From Raillietiella orientalis (taxonomy: Eukaryota): a DNA stretch of 64,000 nucleotides. The position numbers and the translations under genes were made by a program. Shown here piece by piece: positions 1-12,929 of the stretch (position 1 is the first letter of the stretch; each line of letters starts with the position of its first letter). The notes below the pieces were generated by a model, which ran no database searches, was not told the origin of the DNA, and saw nothing but the letters and a program-made list of their open reading frames with translations. Location: the NCBI GenBank assembly GCA_036172245.1, contig JAYWIR010000008.1:3720001-3784000 (forward strand), given 5' to 3'.

Positions 1-1749
1 AGGACTGCACGTGCGGGGTCGGAATGGAGCTGTGGGAATGGTTCCGCTGCCCGGGAACGGACACGCACGCGAACACACGCACGCGTACCACGTGTGCTCG
101 TGTGTTCCCCCCACGGGGCGAGCGAGGCCTGCTTTCGACCCCGAGAGTACTGGCCTTCCGGACTGCCTTCCGCTTCACCCTCCTCATCCCTTCTTGCTCT
201 CCTCCTTCATTCTTCCTCCTTTTGGCTTCATCCCGTTTCCTCCTCCTCCTCGTTCTCTTTTCTTCCTCCCTGCTTCCTCTGTTTCTCTCCTTCCCACTCG
301 AAGGGGTTGGTCAAACTAAAGTGGCGCGCGGATCCACCCCACTTGACGTCTCCTTCTCTCTTGGGAATGTGCTCCGGAGGAAGGTCTCCCCCAAGAGGTC
401 ACGCGCTTTCTTATTCGCCCTTGCAACAGGATCAACTGGAGATGTATCGGCACGCGCTCCGCCCGTTGCCAGGCGTCTGCCCCTCCGAGGACCTCGGCCT
501 TCGCGAAGAGCAGCCGACTGGCCGTTCCCACTCCACGCATCCTTCTTGGGCGGCACGGCCTCGAAGCTTCGCACCTGCAGCCAAGACCTCGTCCTCCGGG
601 GACGGCATCCGGGTCGGGGGAGGAAAAAAAACGGCCCCGTTGCAGTGACTTCCGCTTTCGACCCCTTCCCTCTCCGTCTTCACGGGTTCTCGAGGGAGGT
701 CGGGCGGCGGAGGTCCGAGGGAGGATCGCGCTGTCCTCCTCGACCCGGAGTTGGAAGGGATCCTCCCTTCAGCTACCCTCGGATGCGTTGGGCAAGGTCC
801 GTATGGGGGCGCGAGCCACCCACCGAGCGAAGCGGGGGGCAGACGAGGGGGGTTCCGTCCTTCCCCGCGGGGAATCCGCGGGCGCGCGCCCCTCGGCGCC
901 CGAGAGGACCCTCCGGTCCAGGACGGGGACCGATTTCTGGGGCAGCTGGATGGACTGAAAATAGCAACCCGTTTCCGGGAGCTGCTGCATAGCTGATGAG
1001 GAAGGCGAGGTCCCGCGAGGAAGCTGGCGCTCTTATCTGGGGCCAGAGGAGCCGCCTCATTGTTCCGCTTCCGCAGCCTCCTTCCCTGCAGTGCCTCTGC
1101 TGACGTCACCCGACCGGAGAGAGTCACGTGACGACTTCCACTAACCGGTCGGCCCGCACTCGGCGGGTTAGGGGACCTCCGGTGGAGCCCCTGTGCGCGC
1201 TCCTGTCAGAGGAGTGCTGCCATCTATCCGCCCTCTCCTCGCTCAGAACGGGAACGACTCCTTTGCCTCCCGGTGAGATCCCCGGGTGAGGAGTCCCAGG
1301 GGAAGCGGGAGGAAGGAAGGAACCCGGAAGTTTGTTGTCCACCACTCCTACCACCACCACAACGCTCCCGTGTTCTCTTCTTCCCCCCACCCTTCCCTGC
1401 TCGAAGGCGCGGGGGAGGAGCCACGAGTCCGGTCGCGCTGGGGCATCCGCTCAGACTACACGGACGGCGCGCGCATGCACGTGCCATGGGGGCGTGCCGA
1501 CGGGCGCGCTGACTCGCGAGCAGTCCGGAGGAAGGGGCACGTTCAGTGGGGAGGGGATAAAAATGAGTGCACAGGGGAGGGAGATGACGGCCGGCATCTC
1601 CGGAACGAGGGACGGCGGGGCAGGGGAGGTCAGTGGGTTTCCATCCCTCGTCCTTCTCATGGCCTTCCCTCAGTCCGAGAGGCGGACTCTTCGGTTTCGG
1701 GACGCTGGAGCGGCCATTTTGCGCTCGACCACCACCACGGACGGGGTGC

Positions 1750-3260
1750 GGCGAGTGGAAGTCCTCCACTTACGCGACTCCTTTCGCGGCTGCTGGCCAG
1801 ATGGTATGGCGCGGGGTGGCCGGCGGCCGACAGGCCTTGGGGCGTATAGAGTCGTCGCAGAAGCTGCCGGGAGAGGCCTCCGGGTGCTGCCGCCGTCCCG
1901 CTCTTTGCCCTCTGCTGCAGGGAAACCGGCGCTGCGGGGGGCGCGCTCGATGCCACCTCCCTACCACCCCCAGGCGTTCCTCCTCGGCCAGGTGTCCTTC
2001 TGCAGCTCTGCCGCTGGGTGGTGCGACCTCTCCCGCGGTCGTGTGCGAGGGCCAAGGAGGGCCCTCCTCAGCTCGCTGAGTTCCTGAAGGGAGCTTGCGA
2101 CTGGAGATACCGGCGTTCATCCTTCCCCCCTCCCACTCCCCCCTCGAGAATACCGGCCGCCGGGACGATCTCTGCACCCGCGTCCGTCAGGCGGAGGAGA
2201 GGTTCGGGGCTGAGCCCCGATGCGGGAAGGGGTGGGTGGGGGAGCGAAGCGCATCTTTGAGAGCTCTGCAGGACGTGCCGCGTCGGGCGGCCGCCTCGAC
2301 AATCCCCGGACGGGCTGGAGGAGGTGAAGGGGGTAGCCACAAAAGATGGGAAATGGAAGAGGAAAGCGACAAAGGCGCCCCGGGCAGCGCTGCCGTGCGA
2401 GGGGAGGCCGCGATTTCTGCGGATGAGGGGCGCGGATCCCACCCGGGGAAGGAGACCGCACGTCAGGCGGCGATTGGCCTGCCTCCGGCGAGATGGACGG
2501 ACCGGTACCCGTGGTCCACCACCGGTGCCGCCGGTTGACCTGGGCCGCAGCCCCCCTGAGAACCAGCTCGAAGGAAGTTTGGAGGCTGAAGGGTCACAAG
2601 CTGACCCACCTCACCCCCTCTCCGGATGGCTGCGCCACCCTCTGAAAGGAACCAACGAAATGGGCGCGGCAGAAGAAGGGTCGACGCGTGCGAGGTGCTT
2701 CTTTTTCGGTTTGCAAGGGAAACTTCCCGGCTCCATCTGTGCTGGATCTGACTGCGCGAGATTTCCCACTGCCAGAAGAGTGTCTCCGCTTGTTGACACC
2801 GGAGGAAAGCACAGAACTGTCCAGGAGGATGGTGGAGACCACTGGTTCATCCAGGGAGATGCCGAGATTGTGCACCCAACCAGTTGGGTGCCAACATTTG
2901 GTGTCGTGGAGACCGAAGGTTCTCTATCCCGCCAGCTGCTCGCCGGTTTACTCGTCCCCGTCGTGCAGCAGACAGCCTCCCTCCCGGCTGATTGGCCATG
3001 TCGCGGCGCATCCTTAGCGAGGACAGCTCCGAGGCTAGGGGGGAGGCCCTGAGAAGTGCCCATTTCTTGGAGTCCGCAGGGGCACCGGTTATAGGGCGGT
3101 GGACAGGACCGACGCTTCAGGTCAGGTAGGAGAGACTGCAGCATCGTGCCACCACGCTGCATTGTGAACCAGCTGCTCCCGACGGGAGATGTGAGCAGGT
3201 CCCCTCGGCAGAGAGTCCAGGTCCTCCTAGCTGCCGCAGTCTCGGGGCAGGAGGAGAACG
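1750..3260 (-). mobile_element. Decayed L1/Tx1-like LINE (RT motifs 4-7 and downstream region)
   Basis: Frameshifted QRG..RCCSLS (~QRGVRQGCPLS), CCTTG(T)RVNR (~SGAKVN), WVHNLGISLD (~ILGI), followed by degenerate 3' ORF sequence. Confidence 0.5.
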
Positions 3261-3416
3261 TGAGTCGCTAGCAGCCAGACGCGCGCTGAAGAATGTCGTG
3301 GACGGCGAGCAAACCAACAACCGACTGCCGGCTTCTCGTCTCAGCGCGCGGCGGGCGCGCGATACCCCGCGGCGAATGCACCCTCGCCCTCTTGAAGCGA
3401 GGAGCGGTGTCACCAG

Positions 3417-5050
3417 CCTTCCTCCTTCCCTATCTCCGTGAAATCGCTCTCCCCCCTCCTTCCTCTCGTCCTGAACCCCACGGAGCACGCGCAAGAGGTG
3501 CGAGATGCTCCGCTCGGATCGGCGTCTCTCCTCGCCGCACCGCATCCATTTCGCTTTTCATTTTTACTTGCCATGAGTTTGGCTCCTACCCACGTCCCTA
3601 AGTCCTCCCCCTCTTTCTGCTCTTCGACTCTCCCTTTTTGCCCTTCCTCCCTTCCCTCTTCTCCTTTGTAGGACACTCGAGATTGAGCCGAGGGATCAGA
3701 AAGATCAAAGGGGGGAGGATATCAAGGAGGGCATTCGACCACACCGATTCCCGGTGGGAGTGGAAGCGACTCCGAGAGGTCGCTCTTTGCCTGCCAGGGC
3801 GAGAATTCAACAGGAGGAGCGTCGGGAAGAGGGACGGCACTTCCATGAGGGATCAGCGGGCTGCTAATTGTGCGTCGTCCTTCACGCGCCGCCCACTCCT
3901 TCCCCTTCTCATCCACCCCTCTTCCTCTCCCCCTTTTCTCTTTGCGGAGCGTCGACCTCGTCATCGGAACCGCCCCCTCCCCTCCAAACCGACCGCGCTA
4001 ACCCTAACGTGCCCGCTTTCTCCCCATCTTTTTGGAGATGCGCACGAGCGCGCCAGAAGTCTTCGCGCCGCGCCCTGCTGCAGAGGGCGATCTCCCGGTG
4101 GTCGGCCCGCGTCCGAGTGCGGTTTCTCCCGCTCCCTTCTGGGACCTTTGCGCGCTCCGAGGGCGCATGTCCTCTTCCTCCCAACTTCCTCGAAACGTGA
4201 GCGGAGGCAACAGATTCTCCTATTCCCGATGAACTCACCCTAATCCCCCTTTCCGTCCCTTTTTCCATGTAGCAGCGATCCCTGGTGGGACCGGCCCACC
4301 TCCCCCTTCCTTTCGCTCTGAAATGGGCGCGAACATCTCTGTCCTTCCCATCCTGACCGTGCATGCGCTACCGCCCCACCTGTCTCCCCCCCTCCTTCGA
4401 GCCCTCCCCCCGCCCGTGTAATTGGAAAGTCCCAACCGCATAAATCCTCCGCCACACGTGGCAGCAGCCGGCATCCCGTCTGCCCCTCCCACCCTCATCC
4501 ATATTTCATCGCGGCGCCGCCATTCCGTCGAACTCTCTTCTCATTCCCCGCGAGATTATTGGCATCCGGCTATCCTCGATCCATTACCACTCGATGATTC
4601 GCATCCCTCTGGAGCTGTCATCCCGGATTCCCTTCCTCCTCCCCCCCTTTCCCTCCCTCTCATAGAAAGGACGAATCGCCTTCCTCTCTGGGCGAACCGG
4701 GGGCATTGCCGGTCGCGTTCCCTTCCTCCTTCCCTCGCGCCGGGAGATCGCCTTCTTCTCCCTCCCTCCCCTCGTCCTGAACCCCACGGAGCACGCGTTA
4801 GAGGTACGGGATGCTCCTCTCGGATCGGCGTCTCTCCTCCCCCTTTCGCTGTGCGGTCCTCGGTCTGCTTCCCCCACCGGAGTTCTTTCCTCCCTCAGCT
4901 GCCGCTCCTCCCCTGTAATGGACGTTCCACCGCGCGTCCATTTCGCTTTTTTTCATTCTTGCTTGCCATGGGTTTGGCTCCCACCCACGTCCCTACTTCC
5001 TCCCCCTCTTTCTGCTCTTCGGCACTCCCTCCTTGCCCTTCTTCCTCCTC
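3417..5050 (+). repeat. Two diverged direct copies of a ~250-bp pyrimidine-rich repeat (3417-3665 and 4721-5050)
   Basis: Shared blocks CTCGTCCTGAACCCCACGGAGCACGCG, CTCGGATCGGCGTCTCTCCTC and GCCATG(A/G)GTTTGGCTCC.ACCCACGTCCCTA..TCCTCCCCCTCTTTCTGCTCTTCG; the second copy has a ~90-bp insertion. Confidence 0.85.
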
Positions 5051-6270
5051 CTCCTGCTCACACATCAGTGCCTTCCTTCCTCCCTACAGTTCTGTCTCTG
5101 CTGCCGTTGCTACAGCCGCAGGGAATCATCTCGGAAGACAGGAGCACTCCATGAGGCGCGGTCGCAGCTTCCTCACAGTTGCCATGAATCCCTCTTGGTG
5201 CCATCCCTGATTCCTCCCACGAACCGCTGCCCCTGCGCATACATTCCGCCCACCCCTACTGCACTCCTCCGTCCAACTTCGCTGGTTGACAGGGACGCTC
5301 GCGCAGGAGAGTCCGCTCTCCGAACCCGATGCGCGGTCCTCCCCCTTTTCTCTCCTGTCCCCTGGGAAACTTCTCCCTCCCCACGAGTGGCGAGTTCCGT
5401 TCACGCGAATCAGCCTGCAATCCCCACAAATCTCCGTTTTTGAGAATCCTCGCGCGGTTCCAGAGGAACTTTCTCCGGGATCTCCGACCATTTCTCATTT
5501 GCGTTCCCGCCCCCGAGCGTCCCGAAGGTTCCGTTCAGTCCCCAGACAGATCGAATCCGTGATGGGGGAGTCCCCGTTCCTAGGATAAACGGTTGGTTTC
5601 CCCTTCTTTCGTCTCCTCTTGCTAAGGAGCGACCTTCCCCTTTCTCCTTTTTGGCGGTGGAGCCTGGAAACGTCCCTTTTGGCGTTTTTGTTTTTTCCAC
5701 CCCACATCTTCAGCCGGAAGCATAATTGTGGGCAGGCGAAGGAGAGGAGGGAGCAAGGAGCACAGGACGGAAAACGGGGACCCACGGATGACCTACTCTC
5801 TCCTAGATAGGAAGAACATGAATCAGTGGTGGATTCTGACCACCTTCAAACAGCAAGCCTTGCACCAACAGTCAGCTATCACCATGCACAAAAAAAAAAC
5901 CTTCGCTCTGGAAACTCTCTGCACTTAGAAATCTTCTCAGAGAATCTCCTTGGCTGTCGAAATGATCCAGGGACCTTGGGAACTGCCTCCACCCATTCTC
6001 CTTATCCAGAGCGTTCTTCCACTTCCAGACATCCCCGGTCGCCTTCCGACTCGCAGGCGGAGCTGCCCCGCCACTGTTGTTTGGCCTTCTTGGATACCAC
6101 GTAGTTCTCTAGGATGAAAGGGGCTGAAGTTCTTTCTGATAGAGCTCCACCGGAGAAGTCAGCTTTCCCGAGGGTTCCTCTTCTTTCTCTTCTCCAAGTC
6201 AGCTTCGTCCAACAAATGCAACATTTTGGAAGAAATGAAATTATGAAGTTGCATATGATTATACTCTTAA

Positions 6271-6502
6271 AGGGGACTCTAGATTAAAAACATGATTTGT
6301 TTTCTGCAACGCAGTAAGTTCCAAACAGTAACACCCTTATTGCAGCTGCAACATCAATGCGAGTTTTTGAAACACGTTGGTGTTGAAACCGATCGAGAAC
6401 CGATCATTACGAAAGATTCATGAAGTGCATGATAAATGATAATCATCCCATAGCTATTCTTACATTCAAAAGCACGGATTGTTGTGCTTCTTGCGAGTTC
6501 CT
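6271..6502. mobile_element. Possible Kolobok/T2-like TTAA MITE
   Basis: TTAA-AGGGGACTC ... GAGTTCCT-TTAA; the TIR is short and imperfect. Confidence 0.3.
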
Positions 6503-7476
6503 TTAAGAGAAATATGAAGAAAAACATATTTAAGGAGATGACGAAAAGCAATTGAAATGTTTTCATTTTCTCACTATTTCAGATGTTCTACATTTGGAAA
6601 GCCACAGAAACAAACATATTAAAACAAGCAAAAACTTCAGAACTTGCATCCTTGAGTGTCTGGTCAAATGAGGGTTGAGATCCTTGATAAGATTAACAAT
6701 TTTTTTTCCTCTTCACTCTGGGTTTTATGATTTGTAGTTCTTCTGTCTAAGGACCATGACATATTCACAAAATTCTAGTGTCTCTGAAAACTTCGGTCTT
6801 TGTGACAAAAGAATCTCAACTTGTAAGAAATAACAAATAATCAATGCGCCAAATAAATAATGATAAATACTTGTAAATATTTTAAAGTCTTCACTGCAAA
6901 TAAATCAAGACACCCCAAAGACCTAAAAATTTGACATGCTAGAAAATATTTGAATTTCTGTCCTAAAATGGATCTCTAGTATGATTTACGGTGGAATGCT
7001 TTCATTGCAATTTTTGAGCAAAATAAAGATTGCAAATTTTCTAAATAGAATCGTTTCGATTAAATTAAAGGAAAAGTTTCTTATAAAATTTTCGTTCTCC
7101 TGAATTCATGGCGAAAAACTAATTTTTTTCTTATTACAATAATTGGAAGCTCAATATTGATTATATTATTTTTCGTCATAAAATAACTGGTACACTCATA
7201 GCGCGAATGATAGTTTGTTTTGCAAGTTTATGAAAGTGTACGATACGTTCCAATGTTTTCAAAACTTGCATACATTGGTAAAAAAAAGTGCAGTGTTACT
7301 AAGGTCATATGTTTGTTAAATCATGTTGTTCGGATGGTCCGATGAGGTTTTTTAATATGGTTCTGATTGTTCTTCGATTTGAGGAATCCTGAAAGTTTTC
7401 CCTTAAATCTTTTTTCGGAAATTGAGAAAAGTTTGGATGCTTAACATGGAAGTTTTCCTTTCATGTTCAGTCTGAG

Positions 7477-10400
7477 ATGGAAGATGACTCTAATTCGGCC
7501 AGTGCAGCAAAGTGTTTGTTTCAGCTGTGTTGCATCATAACAAGAAAGACCAAAGGTAAGTTGATTGAATCTTTGTTTTCACTTGCCCCATTTAACAGAA
7601 CATTATTGCATTATCTTGCTGCTTGTTTCGTAACCCACAGATAATTTGCGCCTAATCCTCAATTGCGCTAATGATTTTAGATGCTGTTTTTCCACATTAT
7701 AAACTAGCAGTGCAAATCTTGAGTTGTGCAGATTCCCATCAGTCATACGGCGATGAAGAACTTATTGCAGTTGTTGAAAAGATCAAAAGAAAATTGAGTA
7801 AAACGTGTGATGGAAAAGATGTATCCAGGTTCTATGATTTGTATTTGACTCTCCAAAAAAATGTAAGTGGGCTGAAGTAGAAACTGAATATTTCAATTAG
7901 TACAATACAAATATCGGCAAACAATACTGTGTTTGTCTGTTTGCTTTATTTTCCGTTAAACTGATGTATTGTTTCCCTTGCAGAAAAGTATCAAGTGTCC
8001 AGGAGCCATCCTTACTTTGTTACTGAATTTAAGTCAGAGATCAGGTTTCAACACGCAGTTTCTCAAGTTGAAGTTAGATAGTCTTGATGTAACATTGAAT
8101 GCTGAGGTAAATTGTCAGTTATTGATAGGAATACATGATGTGGGCCAGATTCAAAACAACCAAAATGGATTCTCAACAGACATCACCAATGACTTCGGAA
8201 TTGCTCTCAATGATTCTCATTATTTCAATGAAGCTCCCAGGTTACCAACTAGCAGGCAACAAATTGGAACTTGTAACAAAGTGGATGCTTTATGTAAACA
8301 AAAATCAGTATCTCCTTTGCGATCTTCACAAGTAGATGATAATCAGCAGAAAGTTGCCAAAAGCCACTTTTCAAAATCTCCAGCTACAGCACTGTTGACA
8401 AAGAAGGAAAATTGTAAGGTGTTTTGTTCACATTCATAGCTTGACCATTGTGCCATAGCATTGTCCACTGTGTCACAGGGAAATCTTATTCGTGATCTTC
8501 TGCTTCTGTTCCAAGGTTTCGAAGGACAGTATGTGATATTTGAAATGGGTAGTGGCAAGTATCACATTTCCCCAAAAGTGAGTGAGATATCCTGCAGAAT
8601 CTTATTGATCAGCAACTTTTCAGATTGGCATTACTCACCCCACTCGTCAAGTAGTTTTACGTTTGGCAGAAATGGGGTGGCTTTTCAAGAAAATTAAACA
8701 TTTCTGTGATAGTCACCAGACACCAGGCAGTCAAGGACGCATGGTGCAGAGTTTAGTAGCAGCCATCTGTGATCATGTAACCGAGTATTACCGCTTGCTA
8801 GCAATGCTAGAGTGCCAAGTATGTTGGAGGAAATATTATCGAAATCACATTCTTTTCAGCTTGACCAAGGGCAGCTAACTTTACTCCAGTTGCAAGTTTG
8901 GTTGTTGGAACCCATTAGAAAGTTCAAAATGCTTGCTTCTTTGCTGGATTTATGCCATGGAGCAAGAGGAGGAGCATTGGCATCTCAGATGTATAGGTTT
9001 ATGCAACATGGAGATCCTCAGCTTTATGCTTTAGTGAAGCAATTGTTGAGTAAAGTAGGTGTATCAATCTGTTGCTGTTATGTATCTCATCATGAAGGTA
9101 TGCGAGCCCTTCATGGTAATGGTATTACGTTGGATCTCTGAAGGTGAGCTAGATGACACAAATAGTGAATTTTTCGTTTCTGATGATCAAAATGTACGTG
9201 AGGATAAGTGGTGGCAAGACAAATATCAACTAAGGTTGGTAAAATGGCACTTTTGCAAACAAAAAAAAAGAAACTCAAGTCCATATTCTTCAGATATTCT
9301 ATGATCCCCAATTTCTTACATTTGTCGCAAGCCAGCTGCATTCTATCTGTAGGCAAAAACATCAATTTTTTGCAACATGTGTGCCATGAGCAACAGGACT
9401 CCTTGAATTACACATCCACTATCACACCAGAGCAGGCTGTAGAATGCATGCTAGAGGATTCCAATATTTTCATGCAGTCTACTATAAATATAGCCTTTGA
9501 GCGTACTTCCTCCCAAGTAGTCCAAGTACTGGTTCATCGCTACAAGTTGTTACAACATCTGCGTGCAATTCGACGCTATTTGCTGCTTGGCCAAGGCGAT
9601 TTCATTGCCTATTTGCTACAGTTATTGGAACCAGAGTTGTGCCGCCCAGCTGAAACTCTGCATCCACACAACTTGTCAGCTATCCTAGAAACAGCTGTAC
9701 GGAACACAAATGCTCAGTTTGATGACAAAGATATTTTGGCCCGTTTGGATGCAAGGATGCAGCACCCTTCTCCTGGAGATATAGGGTGGGCAGTGTTCAC
9801 TCTTGATTATAGAGTGGATGGACCGATCAGCATGGTGAGTGGTGAGTGCACATGCCAATATCTGATGTTTCATTTCATGCAGTTGTTTACAACAGAGACT
9901 ATGAGTAGGTATTTGATGCTGTTCAGTACACTTTGGAAGGTCAAGCGTATTGAATTCACACTTTTACACTGTTGGCGTAGAGAAATGGGAGATGCTAAAC
10001 TGTTACATCATGTGCCAGAAGCAGCATCATTGCTGCATGCTATGCATTTTCTTACGTCAGATATGGTGCACTTTGCACACCAGATGTCTTATTACATGAC
10101 CTTTGAAGTGATTGAATGCCAGTTCGTCATATTAGAACAACACCTTTCCTCACTGGCTTCTCTGGATCAATTGTTGGCTGTTCATGCTGATTTTTTGAAA
10201 GCTGTTACAGCACGTACTTTATTGGAAAAGTCGTTTGATGTATGCCATCTCCATAACCCAGCATCCTTTTTTTCATTGCTTGTTATAGAAGCTGTTAAAG
10301 CATCTGCATGCCATTTATGACCTCATTGTGAAGTTTGGAGATTTACAGGCCAAGTTCTTTGAGCAGACCAGCCAAGAACTAGAAGTACGCACTCTGGGTG

Positions 10401-10775
10401 GTTGCAGTAGTAGATCGCAAACGACTAACAAGGAGGGACAGATTATGCCAAAAAAGGGGCAGCAGGAAGTAAGCAGTCACTATCTGAAGCACGTTTTACC
10501 CGACAGCCATGCAAAGCTGAAAATTATCAAACGGAGCTATCAGGTGACGAATTTTCTCAACTCCACATTTGATATTTTCTTTTCCTTAGGACATGATCCA
10601 TGCTTTCTTACTGATGTTAGCTCGTCACCCAGATGTGTCCCTGCAGTGGTTAAGCTACCGTTTGGATTTCAATGAGCATTATAAGAAACAAGATCAGCGG
10701 CTTCGATTACCCTTAACTTATCAAGAACGCCGGCTTAGTAGTCACACGAAATTGACTTCCACCGCGGCCAATTAA
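7477..10775 (+). CDS. TUBGCP3: Gamma-tubulin complex component 3 (GCP3/Spc98 family), 11 exons, ~891 aa
   Basis: Hand-assembled exons with GT-AG junctions and a continuous frame: 7477-7555, 7681-7862, 7984-8413, 8459-8577, 8624-8818, 8860-9054, 9098-9234, 9294-9834, 9883-10239, 10289-10543, 10590-10775 (2676 nt). GCP3 motifs: LIRDLLLLFQGFEGQY, LAEMGWLF, EYYRLLAMLE, HGDP, WISEGELDD..EFF, IRRYLLLGQGDFI, GDIGWAVFTLDYRVDGPI, FEVIEC and C-terminal LSYRLDFNEHYK. Confidence 0.95.
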
Positions 10776-11179
10776 CTTGGTGGATTAGATAGTGACCCTT
10801 ACTAACATTTCAGCGATGCAAATCAACCTCCAAACATCATTATGACCGTCATCCAGCATGTCATTGAAATTTGTACTCACCAGTTCGTTTCCGTGCCATA
10901 GATTATGCATTAAAATTCGTTAGATTTTTTTTCCCGTCTGGAGATTATTAGACGTTTATATGTACAGTAAGAAGTGCTTACCAACTAATTGGCAAGCATA
11001 TGATTTCAGTTGTGACTTGAGGGTGTTGTGATTTAGCTCTGCGCCTTCCCGATCGTAATGTAATGTTCCCTTTGGGAGGAGCAGGCGGAAGCTCCATCGC
11101 TCCCGGACGCACTTTAACATCTGTGAAGACCGATACAGCTTATGTTTCTTCTCTTTTCAATTGATTATAGAGTAGATGT

Positions 11180-12300
11180 CCAAATGTCTCCGCGTCTTTT
11201 CAGTTTTGATGCGATCTGCCCAATTTCCATGTCGACGGATCGTAGAGGCAACTGTCGCATGCAGCCCGGGTCATGGTTGCCATGACCTCTGAGAATTATC
11301 AGGAACAGAAGACATTGAATGGTTTCGTGGGGAGTGTTGAAGCAGTTGGCGCGCAATGAAATAGGCGGATGGAGAGATCCATTGTCCCAGCAGTCCAAGT
11401 AAACCTTTTGCCCCGCTGGAACGTGGTTTGTTCGAACAAGTGACCGAATGGAATTGTCTTGGAATTCCATTGGGTCGCCGCGCAGGTCTGGTGGCCAACC
11501 GTCGAACCAAGCACCCGGGTCCGAGTTTCCCTACGGCGCGATCCAGTTAACAGAACTTGGGAGCTGCCCGAGTCGTTCACCGTCCTTAGTAGCAGTTTCC
11601 CTAGGTCCACTGGTGCGCCACCGGCTCGCCTGAGGCAAGAATTAGCCAGGCGAAGACCACACACGAAACGAACATTCCAGTTTTCGTATACGTACCGCCG
11701 AAGCAGACGTACATGCTAAAATCGAACATGTGCTGAAATGAGCCTCCCACGAGCACGTTCCCTGATACTAGGTGTGGCATATTTTTCCATCTGCACCATG
11801 CCCCCCCCCCCCCTCAAACCAGGGCTACGGCGCGAAAATCCCCACGTCTGGCGGCAGGCGAACGGAGCGCGAGGACAAGAGAACGAGAAATCGTGGGGAG
11901 CGAAGTGTGGAACGGCAGGTCGGTCGGAAAAGTTCGGGAGAGGTTCTGGAAAACCAAGTTCCACTTCTGGGAATGATCATAACGAAAAACAATCCAACAA
12001 CGTGACGCCACCCAAGTAGGAGCCACAGTGGGTTCTTCCAGAGTGGGTTCCCCGTTCAAAGATCAAGCCGTAGCTGATCTTTACCGGCCTCTGGAAAAGT
12101 TGCCCCGGCCCTTACGCTCACTAGTTGATGCTAAGAGAGTGCCCGAGTTTTAACGGATGAAAATGCGTGGCGCGTGCAGAGTCCAGCCGACGCACCTGCA
12201 GAGCGTAAGGCTGGTCAGCTCTGCCAGAGGTCTCTTCCGCGAAATCCTCAATCAAGGAGCTCAGAGAGCTGCTGGTCTCCAGAGGATCGCATGCAACCTA
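11180..12300 (-). mobile_element. Decayed L1/Tx1-like LINE 3' half
   Basis: VKISYGLIF (~VKYLGIxF thumb), then ANCFNTPHETIQCLLF (zf-RVT C-x2-C..ET..H-like remnant); multiple stops and frameshifts. Confidence 0.5.
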
Positions 12301-12929
12301 AAATGTGGGATAAGAAAAAAAAAAAAAAAAAAGGGTGGCAACGACAATCACGAAGTCGAGGGAACGAAAGTGTTTGGGGGGCAGGGGAAATGCGAAGGCT
12401 TGAGCAAGTGATTTAGCATTTGCATTTAAATTGGCTCGTTATTTTCTCATTGCCACGTTCCGTGCAACCATCACGGGATCTGTAGCAAGAAGAAATGATG
12501 GATCATTTTTCTGCGTGAAGTCATCTTTGCTTCCCTGAAACTGTGTTTCTGTTTCCATTGTGTGAAGTACGTGTTGTTATTTCTTGTGCTGTGTCTGAAT
12601 CGTGAAGCGAGAAGACTCCAAATGCCTGAAGTCTCAGATGCATGGTCGGAGAAAAGAAGATCGAAAAAGGACATTGAAAAGGGGACTTTTAAAAAGTCTG
12701 ACGCATCAGATTCCCAGAAGCTAAAATTCTGTATTGAACTGCGAAGTGTATCACAACGGCTGTTCGCTGATCAATCTCTCGAGTTGAACTTTTTCTTCCG
12801 GTGACCTGCCTGACCGAAAAAACGCATGCTGAATGATTTTCGAGAACCCTCGCTGGTATGACACTTTACCTCCCCTATGAGCTGTTTCCTTCGTTCAGTT
12901 TATTTCACTGTGTCTCTCTGCACGTTACA

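Noticed and set aside
1..5800. Long ORFs (322, 262, 251, 242 aa) in the GC-rich start of the window
   Set aside because: Low-complexity Arg/Pro/Ser/Gly-rich translations overlapping in several frames; explained by GC-rich decayed retroelements and pyrimidine tracts.
8107..8128. Possible 22-nt intron in GCP3 exon 3
   Set aside because: Shorter than any other intron here, and removal would shift the frame; the unspliced frame is open.
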